A stretch of DNA of 60,764 bases, counting the filler, from Catajapyx aquilonaris (lineage: Eukaryota), in assembly GCA_000934665.2 (NCBI GenBank). It is 2 parts of 2 records of this genome, joined end to end, with 100 filler letters (N's around TTAATTAATTAA, not from the genome) between each part and the next. Parts side by side here need not be neighbours in the genome. Positions count along the whole stretch, not along the records: positions 30,411 to 60,764 come from JYFJ02004660.1; 1 more part is not named here. One strand, written 5' to 3'. Under the pieces are notes generated by a model. That model was given only the letters and a program-made list of their open reading frames with translations. It made no database searches and was not told the origin of the DNA. Of this stretch, positions 39,102 through 51,416 are shown piece by piece. How positions within the stretch are numbered: the stretch's first letter is position 1; each line of letters begins with the position of its first letter. Both the position numbers and the translations under genes were made by a program.

Positions 39102-39256
39102 CTTGTGGTACTGCTGCTGGACCTTCTCGCCATCCTTCCACCAGGTCATCTGGACACCCGGATAGGATCCCAGAGCCAGGCATTTCCATTCATGAACTAA
39201 ACCTGCTGAGATATAGCCCTGCGGCTCCCGAATTATCTCCACTTGGGACGGCTTTA
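39102..39256 (-). CDS. Internal exon A of a Sidestep/nephrin-like Ig cell-adhesion gene (xKPSQVEIIREPQGYISAGLVHEWKCLALGSYPGVQMTWWKDGEKVQQQYHK)
   Basis: Ig C2-set motif C..GS.P...TWW. Acceptor TCCACAG (AG at 39258-39257), donor GTAAAT from 39101. 155 nt, phase 1 in and phase 0 out, compatible with exon B. Confidence 0.9.
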
Positions 39257-39873
39257 CTGTGGAGGCCAAAATTGATGCCATTTGTCAGGCCCCTTTCCAT
39301 CGTCCACCCAACCACCCCACAAAACGGACTTCTTTTTTTTCATTCTACACTTTCCCCAGGCCCGGATATTTTAGACAACGGGGACACTCTCCCTCAAATT
39401 AATGCCCCCCTAATATTACCAGTTTTATGCTTACGTGCAGAATTCGAACCATTCCACATCCTTATATATTTCCGGTTAAGATGGTGTGGCGGTGTGGGGA
39501 GGCTCCCTTTCTTGGAATTTAAACGGCTGCGTGAAGGATTTTCCCACTTTGGAAGGTAATTTGGAATAATAGCATCTTGCAAAGAACGTGATCTAATAAG
39601 AACGAGCGATTGCATTATCTGCGTGCCGTATGTTAGAGAACTAATCTTACGCCGGTTTTACGCCTTCTTTTCTGTTGCAAATTGAAGTTTGTTGTTGCGT
39701 AAACAATATAATGTTGCCATCAGGCCAAGCCATTTTATATTAGTTTTTTTCTAGACAGTGCCGATTTTCAGGAGAATTGGCAAATATTAATAAGGAAGAC
39801 ATGTAAAATTTTGAATGACGAACGAAGTACCAAATACTGTAAAGTGCGTTTTATAGTTACAGTAATAATTCAA

Positions 39874-40220
39874 TTTTTTTTCTCTTATTTTACCCGTGAT
39901 AGGCCTCCATAGGCCCTTTTGGGGGGGGTGGCACACCACCATCAGTTTTCTAGAGTGTGTTTACTTCAATGTCTGGTGCAAGGAATCAAGGATATTAGGC
40001 AATGATAGGGATTTTAGGGTAGGGGACAGGGGTGCAGTGCAATGTTTCAAGTTTGGGCCATGTGCAGTCCCCCAGGAGGTTAGGTTGTCAGACACCTCCA
40101 AGGTACGTGTCAGAGACCCTTCCGACGCAGGTGGAAGGGAACTCCAAGGTGGGGATCGAACCTGCTATGACCTTCCACTCAGCAAGCCGAGACGTTACCA
40201 TCTCGGCCACCACACCTCCC
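39874..40220 (-). mobile_element. tRNA-derived SINE, family S2
   Basis: Minus-strand A box TGGCCGAGATGG and B box GGTTCGATCCC, A-rich tail. TSD CAGTAATAA(T/G)TCAA at 39860-39873 and 40221-40234. Confidence 0.85.
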
Positions 40221-43088
40221 CAGTAATAAGTCAAATCAGTATTAGTACGAGTGGCATGCAATTAAACTACTTGCGATTGAGTGGGCATTGATGTTTAAAA
40301 TACGAAACACGCCCTCCACCCTTGAAATTTGTAGATTTTAGAGGACGTGTTCTAGCGCTCGGAATCAGAAGGACCGACAAGACAGTGTTCCAATCCGCTG
40401 TGAGCAAATAATATTTATAATAACCACGAAAAGTAACTGTTCCAAAGAAATTGCTTAAAATGTAGCGGCTTAGTGCCTAAATTAACTAACCAATTCACTA
40501 ACTCAAATGGAACACTCTCTATACAGTTTCTTTGGTTGAGTTGCCAGTTCAGACGAAACTGGTAGGTTGACTTTAAGTAGATTTGTGAGCAAATAAATGA
40601 ATAATAGGCAGTAAAGCAAATAATAATAAATGCGCTGAATAAATAAATGCTAAGCGTATGGTAATAAAATCATCTTTCTAGAGAATTTTCTTTTTGCGTT
40701 TTCGTACATTGCAAGGGGTACATACAATCCATCAAATAATTTTGGCAAGCGGTCCTCATGCAGACCAAGCAACATCACCCTGTGAACAGCTTCATTTTAA
40801 TCCACTTTGAGTTTTTTGATAACACAACGGTAATTTAGTCCCATTACCAGTGAATTCACCTCTCTTTTGAAAATTACCAAGGGCGTGGCCAGATAAGAAA
40901 GAGTCGTAAATTATATAATGTATGGCGGGAAATTTACGGCCATCATCCAGGCTAGTTGCAATGAAAACAACATGGAAAATACGAATTGATGCGTATTATT
41001 TGAGACCCTGTTTGTGACAATATTTTAGCGTAAACTGCCCTGCGCAAGTCAAAATGCTGAATCGTTTCCTGGTCTGAAAGAGTGGAGAATATTTGGGTGC
41101 ATTTGAAGTGTCGCGCGCTTGGCTGGAAATGATCGAATCCAGTGGCTACTCTCTGGAGATAAGCGTCTGATCCTCTATAGTCCAAAGGAGTTGAAATGGG
41201 AGTACATTCGTATGATTACGTTAGATTTTCCAAGTGGAACCGGATCAGCGGAACCGATGGCATGGTCGTCAATTCCTTGTCGAGGCAGACAAAAGCGGAA
41301 ACAAGGCGTCGATCCAACGAACAAGCATGGCGAGTGATTACGAATGATAAACTACCTCACGAACTCGACTCTGCGCGGAAAAGAATGAAGAGTAATGAAG
41401 CTCTCTTTCTGGAGGCAGAGCTGCCCCTAATGACCTGACTTTCTGGCGAAGAGTCGAGCTTCCAGCTTCCTAAACAGCTCCCAGCAGCCATTCCTTCTCT
41501 CCGCATCATTTCGCTCATTTCCATCACAAACGCAGTTCGCGAGCTCAAAATGTTCCTCCTCAGACACCTCCCCTTTCCTTGAATGAAACTGACTCAAAGA
41601 CAAACCCATTCGTCTTTCTCCGTTTTTCTCCGACCCTTTTTTTGCCAACCTTCCTCGTCTCCTCACTCTTTTTCTCTCTGCGGATCCGAAGAGAGAAAGA
41701 GTGTCACTCCTCTTTTCCTTCTCAGCGGATGTGATTTTGCGACATTTTCTCCAGAGCTCATGGTACAGATTATGGGGTGACATCGGTCATTTTCAACTAC
41801 CTATAGACTGCGTCTGCAGTCATAAGTAATTTTGAAAGGGTGCCGTTTGAAGACATCATAAGGATACCATTTTCAGAAAACACCACACATAAAATTTCCC
41901 AGTCCGTTGACTAGTCTGGGTGGTCAGTTGACTAACCAAGGCACCCGAGTAGTCCAACTGGATATGCTCAATTGAGTAGGTCATTGAATGTGCCGTCCTA
42001 CATTTGCACCAGTCACTTGCTATAGAATATGTTTGGCCAAAACAATTTTACATTATTTTACTACATACGAGAAGCTCACATGGAATAAGTCAGAGAATCC
42101 GCTTGATGTTCTTAATTACGTAGTCTGGAACGAAAATATTTTTTGAGTTCCGTTAGTTAGCCTGTTCAAGACAGAAATCACTCCAAGCATAATATATTGT
42201 CTCGAGTGTGAATTATTATGAATTTGTAGAAGGGATTCCCAGGGTAAATTTTTCCCCTGGGTGTAGTAGTCTACATGTGGTGGGTGAAAAACTGAAAAAA
42301 GAAAAGTAACATGGATTATGCAAGTGAGTGCAACCTGTAGGGACTTAGTTCATTGGCTACTTAATTTGGTTAGACATAATTCCTGGCAAGATCACGCGCA
42401 GAACAAATTCCCTCTTCCCATTCCGAACCGCGTGTTTTATAACTAAAGTTACATTTGCATGGGGGAAAAAAAACGAGGTGTACTTCTCTATGATCATCCG
42501 GCAGCTCTGAACGATTGGACTGCATGGCACGCGCGCTTTGTATTATATCGTAACTGATAATATAATAATAATAATATATTATATTACGTTAGCCTACGCT
42601 TATATTATTGCCAAAGTCCTCAGTTAATGGAAGAAGTTATGAATTGTGTACTGCAGAGAAACATCACAAATGTGGCCTTGATTCAGTATAATATACAAGT
42701 ACTTGCTTCTGACGGGTTGTTTCTCTTTAAACTGGTTGCTGGGATAAACAATCCTAAGAACTTATTGCCTGTGGGAAGCGCACAGTGTATAATAATACAG
42801 CGTGTTTGTTTTTCCTAAATGAGGTGTCCGTTTCAGTTATCGATTTTTCGCACTACGCTGCTTCATTATTAAACTGTTTTCCCCGACAGATAACTGCCAG
42901 AGGCCACTGATCTAAATATTAGCTACTGATATATCCTGATAATTTATTATATCAACTGATCTGCACGCATTTCTAAAAAGCCCTCTCGGAGGTCCAGTTC
43001 AGCGCTCAAAAGGGGAGGTTTTTAAAAATTACCTTGCAGAAAAACGCCAAATGTGATGATATAAAATATTTTTTGCTAATATAGCCTA

Positions 43089-43299
43089 CAGGGCGACTAA
43101 ACTTTTTTTGTCCAAACAATTATCGGAAATATTGCACTAAGCTGCTTATTTTTTAGCAGTGACTTGCAACCAGTGATGCTTCCCTGGCTTTATCAGTTGA
43201 GGGATGTGCCAGGAATGTTGGGGCATATTCTGGCTACATAGCTAGAAGGTACATAGGCTTTTCCGATAACTGTTCGGACAAAAAAGTTGAGACACCCTG
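43089..43299. mobile_element. MITE family M1, TA TSD
   Basis: TA|CAGGG...TTTTTTGTCC(A/G)AACA...TGTTCGGACAAAAAAGTTGAGACACCCTG|TA. Confidence 0.85.
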
Positions 43300-43509
43300 T
43301 ATTATGTCCTTATAAGGTTGTGCACTGCTGTATCAAAGCTACTCTGACATACATAAAATGTGTTAAAGATTTGTGGTGAAAATATTGCAGAGTGATATCC
43401 ACAATAAGTGATAATAACACCTGAACCGATAAAGAACGCCGCGCAAGATGCTGCACTACGAGGTCCATATCATTCTATTTGCGTAGATTTGACCAATAGC
43501 AGGATATAA

Positions 43510-43844
43510 TAATAAAAATAAATAATTTGTACCCCGTGCTAGAGCCATGGGCCCTCTTAGGGGGGTGGGATACCACCATATTTTTAAAAATCTGGAACTC
43601 TTGCTTTCGTTTTTACTTCTCGTATATGGGGATGGGATAGGGACGGAAGGAAGCGGCTGTGGCCTATAATTACGGACACGACCCCGGAATTTTCCTGGTG
43701 AGACCATGGGAAACCACAGAAAACCACGGTCAGGGTCGGCGGCCACCGGGATTCGAACCCAGGACCTCCCGATTAGCAGTCCGATACCATATCCCCTCCT
43801 CTACCACTGAAGCAGTGGTAGAGGAGGGGATATAGTTGTTGGTT
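43510..43844 (-). mobile_element. tRNA-derived SINE, family S1, with inverted 5' end
   Basis: B box GGTTCGAATCC. 15-bp TSD AATAGCAGGATATAA at 43495-43509 and 43845-43859. Confidence 0.92.
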
Positions 43845-44057
43845 AATAGCAGGATATAAAATATATGCTAACCTCCCCTCGCCGGGGCTATACGGCACGA
43901 TTCGGTCTCGTCGGTTTAAAGCCGGTGTTTTCTCATCTCCTCTCAAATTACGCAGACCTGTAGTACTGACCACTGGCCTAACATCCCTGCAATTGTAATT
44001 CCAACAATTGAAATCTACAGTAGAATGCGTTATGCGAAGGGAGGCCATTGTAAATAA

Positions 44058-44301
44058 GGGGTTAGTGTGCCATAACGTGCTAAGCCACACTTTTGTGTTT
44101 TTTGAGCTTGCACGTGTCTGAAAGTCCCACCATCGTGCTTCACAAGTGGGCATCACGTAGTTAGAAAAATTCCCCATAGATCACGAGAAAATCACGAATA
44201 ATGTTCCTTGTTTTGTATGATTTGCCATATTAAGCCAAACTTTTGAAAGCCCATATCTCAGAATGAAGGTTTTGTGGCTTAGCACGTTATGGCACTAACC
44301 C
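44058..44301. mobile_element. MITE with GGGTTAGTGCCATAACGTGCTAAGCCACA TIR
   Basis: About 29-bp inverted termini (the left has an extra TG). Superfamily not assigned. Confidence 0.8.
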
Positions 44302-46451
44302 ATTCAATTATTAGTAAGTGTTTGGAACTTTCTATGACGCATACCATTATACTGTAGTAAGGTCATGGAAATCAAGTGTTGCATTACATGTCAGGATTGA
44401 AAAGGCGGCAGATTTTTTACTGCTTCACTTAAATAACATGATATTTTTTTTAAACTTCAATAGTGAATTTTTTATATCCTCGTAAAGGTACAGACGTAAA
44501 GTAACAATGGAACAATGTTTCCAGTAAGCAGCTTGATGCAAAAAAATCACTAACTGTAAGGGGTCACTTCAATTGGATTAGAATCACATGGCAGGCTACA
44601 GAATATGGCCATTTTCAAAGAGCTTGTAGTCTACAATAAACATTAGTTGCACCGACATTTATGTGTGCAGTATAATTAATCAAGTTTTACCATATCTTCC
44701 GATAATCTTAATAAGGAATCCTAATATTGGAACTATAGGCAAGTTGGAACAAAAACCAATGCTAACAAGCATCAGAAAAAATAACGACTATTTGAGGACA
44801 TGATTGCACAGTATGAAATCGGCAATAAAAATAAACATTTCATGCTGTTTGAATGTCAAGTAAGATGACTAGAAGTTCCTGTACTTCATTAAAGAGAACC
44901 TCTTGGCGTTGGGGTTGAATGCAACTGTACTTGTGTCAGGAAATGTGCCAGTCACGACATGGGAACGTGGGTATCATAAAGGACCCAATAATGATGTGGT
45001 TGCCCATCTTGTTTGGAAGTCCCATAACTATTATGCAAAGGAGGACCTCGTCACGTCAATTGTTGGTTGCTCATTTACCCTGGCGTGTGTTATAAGGCTA
45101 TTAGAATAAACTTTTCCGAGCAGTGCGGCTAAGTGAATATGACTTTTGCACAGGTGTAATTATAAACCTCCCCTCCCTCCCTCTCCCCTCCCATCCACCC
45201 CTACTTTCCAAATTCAGGGAGCGTTCCTTCATCTTTGCCCTAAAATTTCCAAGCACGCCAAGTGTCGACTAACGGAAGCAATTATTCAAAGAGCTTATAC
45301 GTGTTCAATTATGGGTAGGAATGATGTCCATTAAGGCGTGCCGCGACCCTTGCCAGATCACGCAGATTGGCGAACACCCGCCCCCACCAGCAAACTCTCC
45401 CTGGATGGTCAGGTGGAAAATGGTGGCCCTCTTGGTACTACCTGTGGGCCACCTCTCTCTCTCGCTCTCTCAGTCCATTTGCGAGCCTTCCACGCTCATT
45501 AGGCAGAGGAGCAGCTCTCTCGACTGCCGCTAGAGTCTCTTGTTACCAGGCTGACAAAATAATTTATTCGCACCACCAAATCTCACACGGCTATCATGGC
45601 TACCCTCTGGCCCTCCCAGAGCGGAATGGGTCACGTGCCCTGCAAAAGACCACTGGAAAAGAGGCCACATCATAATTGTACTCAACAAACGCGGCCTGGT
45701 TGAAGCCTCCTACAACAGGACTTGTTTAGCCGACAATGTTAATGTCAAGGTAGCTTAGACTGTCAGTTATGTTTCTTGGTAGGCTATCTTATAATTCATA
45801 ACTGAAGTGTTTACAAATCAATAACTTGCAGGTGCTCTTTAGTCTCGTCGCTTCCTGTCCGCGGGATACGTTATTGTTGTGTAAAGGTATCATGTGTCGC
45901 TGTTCTTTACAGGGGTCGTCCATAAAGTATGTCACGCAGGTAGAGGGGTACGAAGGTGGTTGGGTGAATGTCAGGGTGACAGATCGTGGCGTGCGGCTGA
46001 GCGCGAGCGTGACATGGAGAGAAAGTCGTTCGAGAGGTTCCCGGTTCAATCCTCGGTGCCGACTTTAGTTTTCCCCCAATTATTTTCAGAACAATATATT
46101 CTTGGATATTTTCAGGGTTGGCCACTTAAAATGTATCTCTAAAGTGAGTTGTTTGACTACCTGACGATTGGTTCGGCATCGAAAGGGCTTTCTTCTATAC
46201 TTCTATAGCTTTACAGCCGTACAGGGGGTGATTTTAGTTATAAATGTCACGAGACGTTTGGAGATAATTATGTACTATATCTCTAAAAACATAGAGACGA
46301 TTTTTCATTTGACTCAAGTGCAGGCTGCACTTGAATCAAATGCAAAATCGTCTCCATGTTATTGAGCGATATAGTAGGCCTACGTATTTAAAAATATGGA
46401 AAATGAAGGAGATAATAATTATACAGCTTTTTTGAGAAGGGTTACCAATGA

Positions 46452-46740
46452 TATATAATAATAACAATTCATACCCCGTTATTAGCCATCAGCTCTTTAG
46501 GGGGGAAGTTGGTTTTGGCTGGAACTCTTTGCTTTCATTTTACTGTGCTCATTGGGATAGGATAGGGACGGAAGGAAGCGGCTGTGGCCTATTAATTACG
46601 GAAGCAACTCCGGAATTTCCCTGGAAGGACCGTGGGAAACCACAGAAAACCACGGTCAGAGTTGCTGGCCCCGGGATTCGAACCCAGGACCTCCCGATTA
46701 GCAGTCGGACGCCTTATCCACTATGCCAACTTGCTTCGGT
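46452..46740 (-). mobile_element. tRNA-derived SINE, family S1
   Basis: Full length. TSD GAA(G/A)GGTTACCAATGA at 46436-46451 and 46741-46756. Confidence 0.92.
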
Positions 46741-47273
46741 GAAAGGTTACCAATGAGGCACACATGTATACTTTTCGGGTCATTTCCAAATGATCAGAGA
46801 CTGAGGTACTGACGCATGACGGGACCAAGTCGTTAAAGACGATTCGTGTTGCATGGCTCCGATGAGTTGACTGACAAAAAGACGAGCCCTCTGCTCTAAT
46901 GTACTGTACTGTACATTTCATTATGTGTATACTGTTCTAGTACGGTACCCTACATGTCAGAAACCTTTGGGCCAAAGGTATCCTTGTGCTCTACAACCAT
47001 CATCACCATCAATGACCATCCGCATTATCAGCATCACATATCTCCGCATTTCCCATTTCTAATCATATTATATTTTACTGTAGGTTCTCTTTGCATATTG
47101 GTGACATACTGACATTCTCTGATGCAAGGTAGTATATATTTCATGAATATTTACGTGATGTAACCCTCTAGTCAAAGAAAAGTCCTCACCAAAGAATAGA
47201 TCACCACTAGCTCATCACCATGAGTATAGAGCAGGTCCCCGAGTCAATAAGGATACATATTCAATTTGTTAAA

Positions 47274-47578
47274 ACCGAAGCAGTAGTGGTGTAGTGGTAT
47301 GGTGTCCGACTGCTAATCGGGAGGTCCTGGGTTCGAATCCCGGAGGCCGGCGACCCTGATCATGGTTTTCTGTGGTTTCCCATGGTCCTTGCAGGATAAT
47401 TCCGGGGTCGTTACCGTAATATAGGCCACAGCCGCCTCCTTCCTTCCCTTTCCCTGCTTCATTCCGGTGATGAGAAAATAGTAAAAAATGGAAAGAGTTC
47501 CAGACAAAAAAATTGGGAGAAATCCCCCCTAGGAAAGCCCGTAGGCTGATAATGGGGTATCAAATTATTAATTATTAT
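47274..47578 (+). mobile_element. tRNA-derived SINE, family S1
   Basis: A box TGGTGTAGTGG, anticodon-like arm TCCGA-CTGCTAA-TCGGG, B box GGTTCGAATCC, (ATT)n tail. TSD TATTCAATTTGTTAAA at 47258-47273 and 47579-47594. Confidence 0.93.
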
Positions 47579-49325
47579 TATTCAATTTGTTAAAAACTTT
47601 TCTGACTAAGGGAAGGAGGGCTTGAAAAATGTTCACATTTTGCTTTCCATTAGAGGAACATTACTGTTCTAAAGAAGCTGATTAATGATAAGCAGGTTCA
47701 TATTCTCGCAAAGAAGGAACGCCTTTCTTCTCGTCACGGCCGCGTCATGGAACATCCTGACATGGAACAGACCATAAGATAACCTCAGCACTAGCCTTCT
47801 CTGAAATCCCTCCTTCATTGGCCCATCCTCCATCCTTCCCAGCAATTATTATTTTGCTCCCTAACAGATCTACGCAATGGTAGGCGTAATCTAAATCTTC
47901 GCCTACTTCGGGGCAAGAACAATGGGTATTAGGCTGTAATAAGACATCTCCAGTGAGCATCTAGTCTTTCTTCTCTTGATGCAGCCCTCCTGCCACCCAT
48001 AAACCTCTTGCAGTCGACCTTTTATGATGTCTCCCTTAGCCAGAAGCTCTTGGACAATATTTATTATTGCTAGTGTCTGAGAGTGAGCAGGCAAGAGGCA
48101 GAAATACGTAATAAGTGCAGTTTCCTAACAGGTCGTGTGAGTTTGCCCTATTGAGGCTTGCATAAAAAGGGCGTGGAATCCCATCGTCAATAATCGGCAA
48201 GGCCGGCCATGGGAATTATCCAATCAATACTTTGCGGAGGGCCCATGTGGCAATTCGGTGGTGAAAGTGAGGCCGATTCGCTGGTCACTAATCCTTTTGC
48301 TGGACCCGTTCAAATCCGGGATACCGGTTTCACGACGCATAATTATGTACCGTGGCCGTCGAGTGACTCGACTGACTGGGCTCCTGGTGTGAATACGATT
48401 TTTCCTCCTGAACCCTACACTGATCTGGCATTGGCTTGCCAAAAAAACTGATTAAATATCGATTGACTCAAAATGATTGCGTGGATCGGTGTCGATTTGA
48501 GTTGCCCGCAAAGCCATCAGAGAAGAATGGACACGGTTTTTCGCACCACTGGATAGCAATTTTCCCCGGCCAGCCTAATTATTAGATGCCGGTACACAGC
48601 TTCCTCTTATTTACCGCTTTCCCGGTTTATAATTAAACCAGAACCACTCAGGAGGGGCCAAAGTTGTTTCCAATCGATCGACTCAGGCCCCAGAATGAAG
48701 AGGAAATACGCATTCAAGGAGGGAGAATGCATGCAATGCTTTGGATCCAGCCTATTTGATTGCTCGGAAATTCCGACCAATTCACGCGATGGTCAGAGGA
48801 TAATCATTTATTATCGGGACATAGCTGGCTGGAGAGAGCAATCCCTTTTCAATTCATTATTGCCTTTCGGGAGATGGCATTCAAATGCACAATTCAACGC
48901 TTTGTTTCCGGAATTTAGCCTCTACCTGCACCAGAGGAAGCTAAGTATTGGTTGTCGTCTAAATATTCCAATATAAGTATCATTGCAATCTTAAATGTCT
49001 GCCTACTTTTAGATTTAATATGGTGTTCAGTCAAAGACATATTATTGCACAGTTTTTCAACTTTAACTAAGGTAAGACAGATCACAACTCTGATAATATA
49101 GTATATTATGGAATAATTATTGTCACAGTCAGCTGGCGAGGTCGAGGTGGCTGTCTAGAGAAGTTTTTGTGCTGTGCCACTGAGGCTCCTCTGGCGAACA
49201 CAGTTAGAACTATTCATTCACTCAGGCAGGCCAGGAGATTGACAACACGTGGTCGGGTATAGAGGAGAAGACATGCCAAACAGGTTCTGGGATGTGGAAG
49301 ATGCACGGTCATATAAGTAAGGTCT

Positions 49326-49770
49326 GGTCACTCCCACCCACCCCCTGCCGAGGAGTTTTGCAGCGGGTGCTCACCTGAGACCGCCAGGAGACATTTAGGA
49401 GGCCACGATAAGTGGCGACCCTACCGGACTATAGGCTGAACTTTATAGGTACGAAAGGGGAGGGCTACATTGGGGGGCCCAACATGGCCGCCGGCGGCCA
49501 TGTTGGGCCAGCATGTAGCCCTCCCCTTTCGTACCTATAAAGTTCAGCCTATAGTCCGGTAGGGTCGCCACTTATCGTGGCTCCGAAATGTCTCATGGCG
49601 GTCTCAGGCGAGCACCCTCTGCAAAACCCCTCGGCAGGGGGTGGGTGGGGAGTGACCTAACCTGAGTCTTCTATAACCATGGTCACCACTTATCGTGGCC
49701 TCCTAAATGTCCAATGGCGGTCTCAGGTGAGCATCCGCTGCAAAATGCCTCAGCAGGTGATAACGCCAGA
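49326..49770. mobile_element. Spacer-less palindromic element F2, copy 1 (hairpin 49326-49657 plus a partial extra arm)
   Basis: Axis between 49492 and 49493, with a perfect 34-bp core GGCCCAACATGGCCGCCGGCGGCCATGTTGGGCC. Confidence 0.9.
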
Positions 49771-49859
49771 ACGTAGTATAAGTGTCCGTGAGCTGGGAAG
49801 ATGTGAGGCGGTGGTGGTGGGGGGAGACTGGAGAAAGGGTGTTGGAGGTGAGGGGTGGT

Positions 49860-50087
49860 GCCCTGGGGGAACTCCTGCGGATTTTTTAAAAAAATAATGT
49901 TTTCAAATTACTAATTAATGATTTTTTTGAAAAAGTGCTGCCAATTTCATCAATACACACGCATTAAAATCACCCACATTCACCTAAGCTCGTGTGACCT
50001 GCTTGAACCCCACTCCCTGCCCTTTTCGGTTTATGCCCCCCTCCCCGATTGCGACCCCCCCGAAATGGAATCCTGGCTACGTCACTG
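49860..50087. mobile_element. Partial hAT-type MITE related to 38419-38766
   Basis: Shared interior sequence. End ...AATCCTGGCTACGTCACTG. Confidence 0.6.
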
Positions 50088-50203
50088 CCTACTACTTCAC
50101 TACGTCACTACCTACTACGTCACCGCGACACAGCGTCTTAAGTGCGAACACGGCAATGAAACGGAGCGACAGCGACAATGAAATGAACGGGAGGGGCGCG
50201 TAG

Positions 50204-50545
50204 CCAGCAACTCTAGTGTGCACGGGCCTTTACATTCGTGGGCGCATACGTTCCCGTTGTCCGGGAGCGGGTCCAACGCCCCTCCAAAAAATTGTTCCTG
50301 AAGGGCCTGGAGAGATTGCCACACCAATGATTCCTGTGCATTCAGCTCCAGGAGGATTCTCTCGATAATGTGTGCCCATCTGCCGACCTGTGAGAGCCCT
50401 GTACTTTTGGGGGAAAAATTGCAAATCATTTTGGAACGGCCCTCGCATTAGACAATATCAACAACCAGCTTAGTACCTTATCCTGGATTCCAGGATAACT
50501 GGAACGTATGCACAGATAAGCCCGTGCATACCGAGCCCTGGCTGG
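50204..50545. mobile_element. Degenerate inverted-repeat element
   Basis: TGCACGGGC...GCATACGTTCC at 50219-50254 versus GGAACGTATGC...GCCCGTGCA at 50501-50528. Confidence 0.55.
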
Positions 50546-51201
50546 AGTTATACGTAGGCTATACTATATACTGCATATTGCGTCCTAGTACTGTATATCA
50601 TGACAATAACAAGATACTTTATGAGCCTGCCAAGGGGGACACTTTTGTCTGTTGGATATTAAGCCCCTGATTATGCAAGCTTCAGCTCCGGAGGTTCCAG
50701 CTCGGGTTCCAGTCCCCTCGACACCCATGTCCCATTGGTCTGTTCTCTCTCTCCCTATTACCTCTGCTAGGTGTCCGGAATTAGACTTGCACGTCTACCT
50801 CATACAAGGGCCCAGTAAAAAAGTTTAAAAAAAGTATAGTGCACTTCGCTTAGTCCAGCATGGCTTACAGTATTCATGTATTCATGCCTGCCTCGGGAAA
50901 CTCTTCCATCTCTAAGCTGCGACAAGAAAATATATATACTCGGCACAATAACCTGAAAACTTCCTGATTATGGGCCGTCTAATTCATTACTATATTCATT
51001 CATTCCGCATTTGGTTTAAAAGTTGCAGATTACTTGAGTCTCTAACTTGCTGATATACTCTAATTAGCATTAGGTTTATTACTGCTATTAATACATTACC
51101 AATTCCTAGAGGACATAAATATTAATTTCCTCTTGCCAATAAGTTGCACACTGCGAGGGAGAAATCACTCGGTGCTTTACTGTACGACGGACTTCCTAAC
51201 A

Positions 51202-51244
51202 CCCGGACCTACCCGGACCTACCATGGACCTACCCCGGACCTAC
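51202..51244. repeat. Short tandem repeat (CCCGGACCTA)-like x4
   Basis: Directly visible. Confidence 0.8.
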
Positions 51245-51416
51245 TTAGACCAACTGACGAAACAAATCCTGCCCGGTGCACACTGTAAAGTAACATCACC
51301 CATAATGCCAACAAGCTACAGTATATATGGCGGGCAGCAACTCTCACAGTTTCTTCAGGTAGATTGATCTTTGCCCTATTAAAGTCAATTGGCCTCTAAG
51401 TTCGAACCCCGCCCCC

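Noticed and set aside
41100..41800. Overlapping ORFs, checked as possible upstream exons of the Ig gene (also 47745-48451)
   Set aside because: No Ig motifs or convincing splice-compatible frame.
47277..47350. tRNA-Ser(GCT)-like gene
   Set aside because: It is the head of a multi-copy SINE with TSDs. It has no proper acceptor stem or long variable arm.
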